A DNA stretch of 64,000 bases from NCBI GenBank assembly GCA_002189035.1, contig NEEC01000024.1, forward strand, positions 496,001 through 560,000, written 5' to 3'. The first letter of the stretch is position 1, and every line of letters begins with the position of its first letter. A model generated the notes under the pieces. The model was given only the letters and a program-made list of their open reading frames with translations. It was not told where the DNA came from and did no database searches. Position numbers and translations under genes: made by a program. Positions 13,048-25,434 of the stretch are shown piece by piece. This DNA comes from Utricularia gibba (Eukaryota; Plantae; Magnoliophyta).

Positions 13048-14383
13048 TCAAATGAGATTGGAAACATATTCTCCCATTTCGAGATCTTGACCACCATAAA
13101 TAAGGAACATGTCTTTAGTCCTTCTTAAGTACTTAAGAATGCTCTTGAGTGCAGTCCAATGATCCATTCTAGAGTTCAACTGATATCTGCTTGCAACACT
13201 TAAAGCATATGACACATCTGGTCTAGTACACAGCGTGGTATACATTGTTGACCTAATAGGAGAAGCATGTGGAATTCGAGCCATATAATCCCTATCTTCT
13301 TCTATTTTGGGGCACATCACTTTTGAAAGTGCCTTGTGTGTCATGGCCAATAAACCTCTTTTGGAATCAACCATGTTAAACCTCTTTAACACTTTATCGA
13401 TGTAGGTTGATTGTGATAATCCAATCGATCTCCTTGATCTATCTCTATAGATCTTTATGCCCAATATATAAGCCGCATCTCCAAGATCTTTCATTGAAAA
13501 GCTCTTGGATAACCAGATTTTTACCGATTGCATTGTTGCAACATCATTTCCCATTACTAATATGTCATCCACATATAGTATGAGAAATACGATTGCCAAG
13601 CCATCTACCTTCTTGTATACACAAGGTTCATCTTCCTTTTGAGAGAAACCAAACTCTTTGATTGTCTCATCAAATTTGATGTTCCAACTTCTTGAAGCTT
13701 GCTTTAGCCCATAGATGGATTTGTTCAGTTTACACACTTTACTACGATCTTGTGTAAAACCTTCAGGTTGTGTCATGCACACTTCCTCTCATATCCATCT
13801 GCCACATCTCATAATCAAAATGAGCAGCAATGGCAAGCAAAAATCGAATGGACTTCAGCATAGCCATAGGCAACAAGGTTACATCAGAATCAACACCTTG
13901 TTTCTGACGATATCCTTTTGCCACAAGTTGTGCCTTACTGGTAGATGTATTTTCATCCATGTCAGTTTTCCTTTTGAATACCCATTTGCATCCAATAGGA
14001 TTTACTCCCTCTGGAGCATTGACCAATGTCCAAACATTATTCTCATACATGGAATCCATTTCTGCCCTCATGGCAACAAGCCATTTACTTGACTCAGCAC
14101 TATTGATTGCTTCGTCATAAGTCCGAGGTTCCTCATCTAATATGAGGTCTCCTATGCCTTCGGCATCAACAATGAAACCATATCTCACAATAGGGTTACG
14201 TTTTCGGACTGATCTTCTGGCAGAAAACGTGCTTGGTACATTTGGCAAGTCAGATTGCTCAGGTTGATTGCTCACTGGTACATTACAAGCTTCTGGGACA
14301 CAATTTCGAGATGGTGAGCCTAGATTACCTTTTGAGTCACCCACTGGCGTCTCTATAGGTGTCACTGGCTCGTTCTCAAACAT
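13048..14383 (-). pseudogene. Copia reverse transcriptase, frameshifted
   Basis: ORFs 13763-14383 (WLVAMRAEMDSM..NNVWTLV, PIGCKWVFKRK) and 13048-13782 (YVDD). The frame breaks after WQMDM. Confidence 0.92.
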
Positions 14384-14386
14384 CTC

Positions 14387-15217
14387 CTAAAGTTCAAAAC
14401 GACTCCCACTTGCTTCTTTGAGGAGAAACTCTTTCTCCAAAAAGACAGCATTCCTCGAGATGAAAACCTTTCCCTCTTGAGGATTATAGAAGTAGTATCC
14501 CATGGTTTCTTGTGGATATCCCAGAAAGAGACACTTGTCAGATTTGTTCTCCAACTTATCTGACTTCAACCTTCTTACATAAGCAGGGCATTCCCAAGCT
14601 TTGAGGTAGGAGAAACTCGGTTTTCTACCAGTCCAAATCTCATAAGGAGTGGTTTCAATCGATTTCGATGGGGCTTTGTTCAAAACATGAGCCACTGCCT
14701 CTAAAGCATATCCCCACATGGACTTTGGTAGTTCCGAAAAACTCATCATGGATCGAACCATGTCAAGCAAAGTTCGATTTCTCCTCTCAGAAACACCATT
14801 GTGCTCAAGTGTATCAGGAGGAGTTCTTTCTGAGACAATACCATTGTCCTTCAGATGATTCTTGAATTCATTACTCAAGTATTCGCCACCACGATCTGAT
14901 CGAAGTTTCTTGATGGAACACTCAAGCTGGTTCTCGACCTCCATCCGAAACTCTTTGAACTTTTCAAAGGCTTCAGATTTTCGTTTCATCAAGTAGATGC
15001 GTCCATATCTTGAATGGTCATCTGTAAAAGTGATGAAATACGAGAAACCCCCTCTAGTAGTGATGCTCATTGGACCGCATACATCAGAATGTATTAAATC
15101 CAATAAGTTTTCAGCTCTTGCTCCTTTTCCTAGAAAAGGTTGCTTTGTCATTTTTCCCAATAAACAAGATTCGCATGTTTCATAAGATTCAAAATCTTCT
15201 GAGTCCAAATATCCCAA
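14387..15217 (-). pseudogene. Copia integrase core
   Basis: LDLIHSDVCGPM, FITFTDDHSRY, LRSDRGGEY, HNGVSERRNRTL, KCLFLGYP. Confidence 0.95.
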
Positions 15218-15400
15218 TCGATATAAGTACTCAACACGCTTCTTGTTTATATGGCCTAAACGAAAATGTTAGAGGTAAGAATTCAAGATGTTGTCAATCC
15301 TTGTCCTTTTTATGCACATGTTAATTTGTTCTGAATCATGCTGATCCAAAACATATATTCCGTTTACTATTGTAGCAGTACCATAATGCACACTCCCTCT

Positions 15401-16585
15401 TCATATGGAACAACAATTGTTCTTTATATAAAACTCAAAAGCAATCTTGTCCAAACAAGAAATAGAGACGATGTTCTTAGACAATGAGGGAACACAATAA
15501 ACAGAATCTAATTCAAGAGATAATCCAGAAGGTAGGGCGATGTGGCAAGTCCCAACTGCCATGGCAGCAACTCGTGCACCATTCCCAACTCGTAGGTCAA
15601 CATCGCCTTTCTTCAAGATTCTACTACTCATTAGGTCCTGCATGTTAGTGCAAATGTGAGCACCACAACCAGAATCTAACACCCAAGAACCATTCTTGAT
15701 AGTAGTATTAATCTCAATCATGTGTATACCTGAAGCTGAATTCTCATTCTGCTTCTTGCCCTTGATTGACTCTAGATAGGCTTTGCAGTTTCTCTTCCAA
15801 TGACCAGATTTCCCACAATGAAAGCATTCACCCTTAGCCGGTTTTTCAACAGGCTTCTTCTTCTTGATCTCACTTTTAGCTTTGAGTTTCTTGTCTTGAC
15901 TCTTCTTCTTGGAAACCTTTTTCCTTGAAGAGACAAGCATGACATTCTTTTGTTCCTTTATGATAGTTGTCTCAACAGACTTGAGTAACTGAATCAATTC
16001 AAGAACAGTTTGATCCATCTTGTTCATCTGATAGTTCATCACAAATTGTGAGTAGCTATCAGGTAGTGAGGTAAGGATTAAGTCAATACTCAAGTCCTTA
16101 TCCAACACAAAAACAAGAGTGGACAACTTCTCAATGTAACTCAACATCAATGTCGCATGATCAGCAGCAGAACTTCCTTCTGCCAAACGACAATTGAACA
16201 TCTTTGATGTCTTGAACCTTTCAAGTCATGAGTGCTCACCAAATAGATCCTTGAGGTGTGTTATCATCTGTTGGCAAGTCATCGCCTCATGCTGTTTTTG
16301 GAGATCAGGGGCCATCGAAGAAGGCATGATACAGGAGACAAGCTCAGCATCATCTAGATACTTCTGACATGCACGCCAAACATCTTCAGCTGCATTAGCC
16401 CTGGGTTGTGCAGGAACATCTTGCTCAAGGATGTAAGCAATCTTCTCCGCCTTGAGAACAATTCTCAAATTGCGGTGCCAATCAGTAAAATTCGAGCCAA
16501 CCAACTTGTTGGACTCTAGAATGGATCTCAAATTCACGGTGGAAGACATATCTTCAACCTGAAGAAGAGAAAGCAAACACATCAT
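15401..16585 (-). pseudogene. Copia gag-protease, broken into two frames
   Basis: NLRSILESNKLVGSNFTDWHRNLRIVL (Angela-type N-terminus), CFHCGKSGHWKRNC zinc knuckle, WVLDSG protease motif. Confidence 0.93.
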
Positions 16586-17585
16586 GTAGTGTTCCTTAAA
16601 TCACATCTAACTGGTCTTTATTAGATGTGATATACTCCCACTATGTTTTTCGAGATGGCAGCCCCTTACTGACAAAACGAGAAAATCAGATTTTTCTTAG
16701 TGGGATAGTGTCCCATTTCATTCATCTCCACCTTGACTGTAGCCAACAAGTTTTAATGAATGAAACAGGTAGTCATCTCATGCTAATTGTATCTATCATA
16801 CAACCACTGCATCATTGAGTCATCAACTCTTGATGTTAAAACCATTTACCTCAACCTTTCCTCCAATTTTACCAACCTTGGCTTTAATCAACAAGTTGAT
16901 AAAATCAGTTAAGCCAACCCACCATGAATCTAATTCCATAATTCGAACATGTCATGTGTAGTGGAGAGCTTGATGGTAGCCAACAACTATATGCACTAAA
17001 AATGACTCTCGTTCTCCTTATGTTAGTGGAAGGAATAAGCTTAATTATTTAGAAGGGGATTTTTCCATATGCAACTCTTGCATTATGGAAATCAATATCC
17101 TATCAAATAGGCATCTTGACAACCCTTGCCCTTTCATTCATAACGCATCATATCCCTAGATTTTCACACATAAAGCTCGAAAATCCTAATTGACCCTAGA
17201 TGCCTTGGTCACAAATAAATTATCAAACATCATATGCATCAATAACTCACCAATATGATCAACATGATCAAAATTCGTGCAAAGGCCATCATGCCCCATA
17301 ATTACACACATATAAACCATCAACATGCTGTGCATATACACGTAAGATATGATTCTCAAAAGCATCAATCATCAATCAAATTTCGTGCATCCTAGGGCAG
17401 CAAAACAATCCAGCATAATCAAATTTCGTGCATCACATGCTATTATCGTGATCGCTGGCAAGGCAACATATGAGAACATCTCGAAAAATCAGCAAAGATT
17501 CTAATGTGTCACTGGCAAAGCAACATACGAGAACATCTCGTAAAGTCAGCAAAGATTCTAACGTATACACGTATTCCGTAACCTC

Positions 17586-17597
17586 GCTCTGATACCA
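17586..17597 (-). promoter_or_regulatory. Primer binding site (tRNA-iMet)
   Basis: TGGTATCAGAGC on the minus strand. Confidence 0.92.
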
Positions 17598-17602
17598 CTA
17601 TT

Positions 17603-18714
17603 GGGTTTGTAAAAGGGGTTTTTTGCAATACAAAAATAAAAGATACAACGCAAGTAATGGACCTTAACTAAGGGTTGCAGTCCCTAGGAAATGGACATCA
17701 TTTCCTCCTTTTATCTATCCTCACCTCGATTTTCACTGATTCCTTCCAATGTTCGTTGCTGGTTATAGGAGTGAGGAATAGCCTACTCTCCTTTACACTC
17801 TATTTGAGAAGGAGGCATAAGAATAGCCTCATGTAATTCCCCTATGACAATTGAGAAGAAAAGAGGATTGCCATCACTTTCCTTCAAAACCGAATTCGGC
17901 ATGTGTGCCCAGCTATTACCAATGACCAGTGGCAAGTACGTGGTCACTACCCATGCACTGTCGCGGTACCTCGGTCACAAACAATTCGCTACTTCCCTCC
18001 AATCGGTAGGGTTGGAGATGTTGCTCTTCACCTTGCTCTTCATCAAAATTCATGAGAAGTGGCCATGAAAGACTGCAACAAGACACGTGGAAGTATGCAA
18101 AATCCGGAATGAATTCAGTAAAGAACCAAGATTGATGCTCAAGACTTGGAAGGAAACTTAATCTACTCCGAGAAACTAAAAGAGTTTAGCTGAAAATGGC
18201 CATGAAAACAAAAAACAAAATGGAAAGTTAAAGTGTTCTTCCTCCCTTGGGGGAGAGGAAGAACCAAAAGTTCTAAGTGCGATAAGTAAGTGTCAAAAGT
18301 ATGAAAAACAAGTGTTCTAGGGTTTTTTTAATTCACTCCTCACGTGCATTAACTTCTTCTACTCCTCTTCCATCATTCTTTGGGTCTTGCGTGCACCAGC
18401 AGCTTTTCCATGCATGCAAGCACCCAATCATTGCTGCAGACTATGATATGCCGTAAGTCAGACGTCCTGACTAGTATCAGTGTTCCGCCCACAATTGACA
18501 CAAGTCGCATACAAGGCACGAAACATCAGTGTCTACCTCCTAACATTTTGGGTGAAAGTGCACGATAAAAGACAACAAAATATGTACAAAATACAAAAAT
18601 AGGAATTTTCTAATAAAATCAAACACTTATAAATATAACTCCTAATTTGGATGACTTAATACTAGATTAACACATAATAATAAAAAATAAACAACTAGAA
18701 AATGACACATAACA
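17603..18714 (-). repeat. Athila-like 3' LTR, 3'-truncated and fused to the Copia PBS
   Basis: Minus-strand start TGTTATGTGTCATTTT at 18714, right after the PPT-like AAGTTTGGGGGAA. Homologous to the LTRs at ~4.0-4.7 kb and 52.5-53.8 kb. Confidence 0.85.
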
Positions 18715-19950
18715 TATTCCCCCAAACTTAAATCATGCTTGTCCTCAAGTATGAAAATCATAGCAATCCACGAAAAAGGGTAGAACTTAAGTGATGAAAA
18801 TGAAAATGAAAAACATATCATGAAGCACGAAAGAAAAATTCAATACAGTTTAACACATAAGTCCTAATGCCCAGAAAATATTAAAAATTAAAAAGAAATA
18901 TAAACTCCTTCCCCAAACTTAATTTTGAGGATGTCCTCATCATCAAATGCAGTAGAGGGTACCTTAGTCATGGGACAGTCTAGAGTGTGAAGCAGTAGCC
19001 ATGAGAGTGTCCAGTTTTGTCGAGAGTGCAGAAACTTGCTCCTAGAGACTCTAAATAGCCAGCAGAAGGGTATGCTTGGTGGGGCTCGATGGTGCGATGC
19101 TGAATGGGATGTTTGTTGGCGCACCGTAGGGGTTCACAATTAATGGGGGCAAGGAAGTGACAGTATGGCATCCACTTGAACAAAAACAACCTTCCCCTCA
19201 ATCTACTTCAGGTAGCTACAAGAAAACAAGTTATTTAAATCTAGGTAATGGAAATGATTATCTACCTCACAGTGTATTTCAGTTGGGTCCAAGTAGGGGA
19301 CTCCAAGGCTCAGTCTTGCCAGAATTTTGTGCGACCACGCTGCTCTTTACCCCTTTGTGTGGGTTGGAATGCTTCATTAACATCTTGTTCTCCGGAGAGG
19401 AACTCTAAGCATGGTCCTTCCATAGCGGCATGCTCCATTTCAAAAATCCAGAGATCCACATCCTCATCGATGGTGATCTCTTTAGGGGCATCTTCACCCT
19501 ATACTGTAGAGGGGGGTTAATGAACAATAGGAATTTCCTTTTCCTGACCTTCTTCTCCAACAATTTCTTCTGGTTGTGGGGCAGCGGGCTCTCAGTAGCA
19601 GAAATTGCTGTTGGGGAGTTTGGCACTGAAGGTTCCAATGCGTCAACAGCAACAGCAACAGCAGTAGGGGCTGGGCACCACTCCAAGTACAGCACTGGAG
19701 ACAGAATAGTCAGAGGTGTGGCCTCAACGGAGGCAGATTCTGATGCAATGCCTGGAAATGTCTCATGCTTAATGGCCATAGAGGCTGCTGCTGGGTTACA
19801 AATATAGTGACGTTGGGTTCTTCGAGATGGTCCAGCAGTAGTAGGTTTGTGCTTCCGATTTGCTGCCTTAGCAACATTTGCGCTTCGGGTCATCAGAGAT
19901 GTGGGGTGGCCAATCAAGGTGAGCAAGAAATTCGAGAATTTAAAGCGTCG
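18715..19950 (-). mobile_element. Athila-like 3' internal region with a degenerate extra ORF and two purine tracts
   Basis: ORF 19405-19926 is homologous to 29492-29818 (TTAGPSRRTQ). AAGTTTGGGG occurs near 18720 and 18915. Confidence 0.65.
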
Positions 19951-20299
19951 AGAGGAGAAATTGAGGCATGGGTGATAAACGAAAAATTATGCAATGTTTT
20001 TAAATGCAAATTTCTCCTATCAAATAAATTTAAAACCAAACACACATTCAAATATAATTCAATTATGAGCATAGTGCTTAGGGTCGAAAACGAAGAGAAG
20101 GTGCTTGCCATGTGATTATTAATGCATGCAATCGGTGTTCCATTGATAGATTTAATCTTGACTAGGACTAAGGCAGAATTACAATGGAATATAATAAAGG
20201 AAAGTAACAAACTTTTGAACTCAGTTTTCCTTGAGATGAAATGGGTGATGCCTTGGTATGTATGCTAAGGAGCAAGTGTAATTATATGGTGAGTATGGT

Positions 20300-21750
20300 T
20301 GTTAAGTGTCATTTAGGTATTAAGTCAAGCAAATTAGGAGTTATATTAATAAGTATTTTATTTTATTAGAAAACTCCTTTTTTTTCTATTTGTACATATT
20401 TTTGTTGTATTTATCATGTACTTTCACTCAAAGTGTAAGGAGGCAGGCTTAGAGTGTTGTAGGAGACCAAACACTGTTATTTCGTAACTTGCATGCAACA
20501 CGGAACAATTGTGGATGGAAGACTAACACTAGTCAAGGCCCATGACATATGATATGTCAGAGTCTGCAATAATGATTGAATGCTTACTTGCACGCATGAG
20601 AAAGTTGGTTGCGCATGCATGACGGAATGAATGATGGAAAGAGAGCAGAGAAAGTGAATGCACATGGAAGTTGTGTATTTTTGTGTTTAGTGTTGTATAT
20701 AATTTTTCTTTTTCTTTTCTTCTTCTCTCTTTCTTCTAGTTTTCTTTTGTTTCTATTTTACTGCTATATTTTTCTGTTTTTATGCATTCAGCTCCACCGA
20801 AGGGCCACCGAAGCTTGAGATTATACCGAGAAACCTTGTGTCCCTTAGATTCGGAGATTGAGTGCACATTTCTAGTGAAAAAGTGAGAATTAACTTCCAA
20901 TTCATCTATTGACGAAGAAATGGTCAATCAACCACCCATTGGAGTCCCCATGGTTCACGGAGAATAGGAGCAATAGCATCCTCAAATTTTCCTAGTTTTA
21001 TCGATCATTAATCAATGCCCACCACTTTGACCGACAACTCCATATTATTTTTATGGAGAAGAGGATATATCTATATTTGTACCAGACACTTCCTAAGTTC
21101 ATTGGGAGAGAGAATGATGACCCAAATTGCCAGCTAAGAAAGTTGCACATGGCTTGCATCCATGCACCCAAAAGGTACAACAGATAACCAAGTGAAGCTG
21201 TGGGTCTTCCCTTTCAATTTGTATGAGCGAGCCCTGGAGTGGCTATATGGATTACCACCATCCTCTGTTGCAACCTGGGAGCAAATGATTCAGAAGTTTC
21301 TTGATCGATATGCACCCCCAAGAAGAGCCTCCACTTGAAGAAGAGCTATTACTAGCATTCAACAAAGTAGGAGAGAATTTGCAGAAGTATTACGACTGAT
21401 TCAACTGGATCTGCAACACCTATTACTAGAGAACCGCCACAACCCTGACGTCTGAAGATTGATTGAACAAATGGCCTCAAATTTCTTTCCACTTCTAGTT
21501 GATATGACCACTCATATTGATCACTTGGAGTGATTTCCCATCAAGTAAAAGCAGTGCATGAAGTGGACAATTATGAAGTTTTAGTTAACTTGCTGCCATG
21601 AGTGATACCTTGAAGCTTGACTTCCAATCCCTTCTTCAACAACAAGGTATCTAGGATCTTCAACTTCTTCTCATTCTAATTCTGGACCTATCATATATGA
21701 GATGTCAACAGAACAGGTGAATGCATTCTACTATAACCATGGAGGGACCT
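20300..21750 (+). mobile_element. Athila-like LTR start plus internally deleted gag remnant
   Basis: TGTTAAGTGTCATTT at 20300. QVKLWVFPF..YERALEWLYGLPPSSVATWEQM matches gag 51212-52453. Confidence 0.8.
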
Positions 21751-21809
21751 ACAACTAGGAAAACTATCAAATGCCGAGAAGAGACCACCCTGGTTTTCAC
21801 TGGATACGA

Positions 21810-23188
21810 TGATAAATGGAAATTTTCTAATGTCGTTGCAAAAATAGAAATTTGGTTATCAAATAAATTTATAAGCCCTAATCTACACAAAATACAAATT
21901 TAGAAAACTTGTATAGTGGATTTCAGGGTCGATCACGAAGAGCGTGTGCTTGCTAGGTGTTTCAGCAGATGCAAAATTTGGAATAACAGTGGTCTTAGTC
22001 TAGGCTCAAACTAACAGTAGTAAGCAAGTTCAGTAAATAGAATCGGGTGTCAATGCGAAAGGCAACAAGTACTGGTTCTAACTCAGAATAATACGAAGAT
22101 GCCTTAAGGATCTGCGGGTGATGTTATGCTAAGGTGCCTAATTTAATTTACCATGTTCCTACACTCACAACTTTAAATAACCTAAGTCTACCCAGGTCAT
22201 TCATCTTATTTTCGGCGAAGCTAGTCTCCCATATCATCACCAACATTGCAATTAGGCCTACCTGCATGCAAAGCATATAGAACTAGGTCTACCAGGTTCT
22301 ACTAGTTCTACCCTGGACTAACACCTACTTCTCCTGTCTTGATTTGTTAGTCTACCTCTAAATCAAGCATCTATGTTGTGAAGCTACTTATTCCCCTCTT
22401 TAGGTCTACCCATGGATTGATAGAAACAAGAGCTAAGAAACAAACATTAATTACATTATTAATCCTAAGCACACACCACCATACTTCACCTTAAGGCATC
22501 CCTAAGGCTTTAGCTACTCATACTTGGAAATTAAAATATGATTTCATTCAGATAATGTGGAAAAAATAACAGGAACATTGTAAGTAAGTCAGATACAAAA
22601 ATTCGAAGTGTTCAAAAAACGGAAAAGAAATAAAGATTGTTCTGTCGCCCGGTTGCTACTGTTCACGGCCCAGAACAGTAGCGCTGGACTGGGCTTTGGT
22701 GCTGCTCTTGACGATGAAGCCCTTCTTCTCCTCTTCTGATTGGTATTTTTCACATTGGGGAGAGGCCCCCTTGCGTGCGTTCTGTGCTACTCTCACTGTG
22801 GTTTTCTTTTTGCTTCGCCTTTTTTTCAAAAAATATCTTCCCTCCTTCACTCCATTGCACTTCTTGACACAAACACTGTTCTCGGCCTGAACTTGCAGAC
22901 TGCAGGTGGCAAAACAGTGCTCTTTGTCCCTCTTCGGCTGTTGTGCCCTTTTCTACTTGTCCCACACGTTTTTGAGTCTAATTTTTCTGCTGATCTCCCT
23001 GCTGAACTTAGTCACACATTAGCACAAAGTTGGTGGACTAAATCGAAGGATTTAGTCCATATTCAACATAATGACACAAAATTAACATAAACACCACATA
23101 AACATGAAAAACTACATTTATCTAACCTTAAACACAATAAAATATAACCATTTCGTATTATAAAATTCAGAGAAAATGTGTGTCATCA
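21810..23188 (-). mobile_element. Gypsy solo LTR, 1379 bp, TSD TACGA
   Basis: TG...CA termini. TACGA at 21805-21809 and 23189-23193. Same family as 32988-34150. Confidence 0.93.
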
Positions 23189-23193
23189 TACGA

Positions 23194-23666
23194 CAAATGC
23201 CTCCTGGTCAAGCACCATTACTGGGGAACCCTTCTCCTTTTCCTATGAAAACTCTACTCTACCTCAATCTCTAGAAATCATTGGAGTTCTAGATCAACCT
23301 CTTGTGTCCTTATCATCCAAATCACAATCTCGAATCTATGGTGAAGTCCCTTGCCGAGAACACCACCAAAATGAATACTGCTCAAAAGGATATGGATGGA
23401 TGAATTACAAGCATGCAAACTCAAATCACCGAGTTGGTGCAAGCTATGAATTGATTGGAGATGCAAGGTCCCAGCTAGTGAAGAACCCAAAGCACATCAA
23501 TGCAATATCTTTGAGAAGCGGGAAGGATCTTCTAGATGTCATGGACACCAATGATGAAGTGGATGACGAGATTATTTGCGAAAACCCAAATGGCTCTCTA
23601 GTCCAAAACTCTGTTGTGCCCATGCCACCCGATGAAGTGAAGGACAGGGAGATGAAAAACTCTGTT
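23194..23666 (+). pseudogene. Athila-like gag C-terminal remnant
   Basis: KHINAISLRSGKDL motif. Confidence 0.7.
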
Positions 23667-24822
23667 GTGTGGGTGTCGATTAGAGAATCGATTCAATGGA
23701 TGACTTGTCTTCAAGATGCTACTATGGGAAGCTAACCAAGTGTCAATAGCAAGATCTTGAATATGACAGTCATGCAAGTAAGCTCACATTTTTGCTCATT
23801 ACTAATGGGAGGCTAACCATGGCTTGCCTAGTATGGATGAGTAGGGATGTGACTTCTTAAGGTTTGAGATAGTTGATTGATCAATAAAGGATTCATCACT
23901 CATGTTAGCTATGAGATCATATCTCAAGTAATTGCATCAAAGCCTAATAATAAGTCCTGGGCCCAAGGTAATGACACTCGAATTGTTTGAGTAGGTCATT
24001 GAGTGTTAGTTCTTGACTGCAATTATAAGTTCGATAAATCAGAAAGACACACACCCATGTTCTGGTACCGAATGAGATATAGGTATGCTGAAAGCTATTC
24101 ATTGCATGGTGGCTTGTCATGGAAAGGTTCAATCAGTTCACCTGATTATTCTTTAATCCTGAGGATCATGATATGTTTCTAGACATCACTCATGATCGAT
24201 AATGATGGATTTGAATAATTACGAGTTAATTAATAAATTCATTATTATGGGCTTGATTGAAGAAGCCTATAGGGTCACACACAATAGTGGAGTCACTCAT
24301 CGATATAAAATAAAATGACACAATTACATGAGAGGTAATTGGTAAAGTGGATAAATTAAATAGAGAGTTATTTTGAGATTAATATTGATAAACTCAAAAT
24401 AAAAGATCTTATATAGATAAGATTTGGAACGCCTACATATATCCATAAGATGATATCTTTACAGAGATTTGATTTGATATGTTACCAAATATCTATCAAA
24501 AGATTTAGATCTACACATCTACTTCCCACATCTTCATACTCTCTGAGATTGATCTGCAAGGAGGTGATTTTCTCTACTAGCACCTGAGGAGATCGACCAG
24601 CATTCTACAGCCTTGAGAAGGTTATCAATAGAGTGCTTCACGTGTGTATACTATAGAGGCTGTCTATTATTGGTGGTTGGTGAACAATGGAGTCCTCTGA
24701 AAGGTATTTTCAGCATCCCTTTATCTAACTATGCTGTATTCCAAGATCTACGTTTGGGTTTGCTCAAAAGTTTTAAAATTCCACTGCTTTTCGGACATGT
24801 AATGTTTACGAGAAAACCAACA
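23667..24822 (+). repeat. 5'-truncated older Angela LTR
   Basis: Diverged match to ~1190-2387, ending ...AAACCAACA. Confidence 0.88.
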
Positions 24823-25434
24823 GGTTACTCTGGTTTCCATCAAATACTTGTGGCCCTTGAGGATCAATCAAAGGTTGTTTTCATTTGCCCTTTTATTACT
24901 TTTTCTTACCATCACGAATTTAGAAATTTCTACCACAAGGACGAAGAAAGCTACGGAACTCAAAACGTAGCCGCAAACTAAAGTTCACAGCGGTGACGAG
25001 GGAACCAAAGGAGTCTTTGGATTATGCAATGCACCAGCAACTCATTGATTTTTAAGCATTGTGTTGAGGCTAACCTTGAATAATGAGAAATGTCACTGCA
25101 TGGTAGAATAAGGTATCATCTTAGGACATGTTGTTTCCCAATAGGAAATTGAGGTTGACAAGTAAAAGATTGAGATAATCCAAAAATTACCTTATCCCAC
25201 TTGTGTGAGAGATGTACATTCCTTCCTTGGACATGTAGGATTTTATGATATATTTATTTCGGATTTTTCAAAAATTGCCTCTCCTTTGTGTTACTTATTG
25301 AAAAAGGATGTTGAATTTCATTTTCATGCAGATTGCAAAAATGCTTTGAGATTTTGAAAGAAAAGCTTGATCAATCCCATTATCCAGGCTTCAAATTGGA
25401 GTCTACCATTTGAACTAATGTGTAATGGAAGTGA
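24823..25434 (+). pseudogene. Gypsy RT / RNase H remnant
   Basis: GYSGFHQILVALEDQSKVVFICPF and FGLCNAPAT-like sequence, with many stops. Confidence 0.8.

Larger units (their letters stand above)
11377..17608 (-). mobile_element. Nearly complete Angela-type Copia element with the 5' LTR reduced to a 10-bp stub
   Basis: 3' LTR 11377-12880, PPT, gag-PR-INT-RT pieces 16585-13048, PBS 17586-17597, LTR stub TATTGGGTTT at 17599-17608. Confidence 0.95.

Noticed and set aside
23178-23735. 185-aa ORF as a novel gene
   Set aside because: It is a chance frame running from a solo-LTR end through gag remnant into an Angela LTR.
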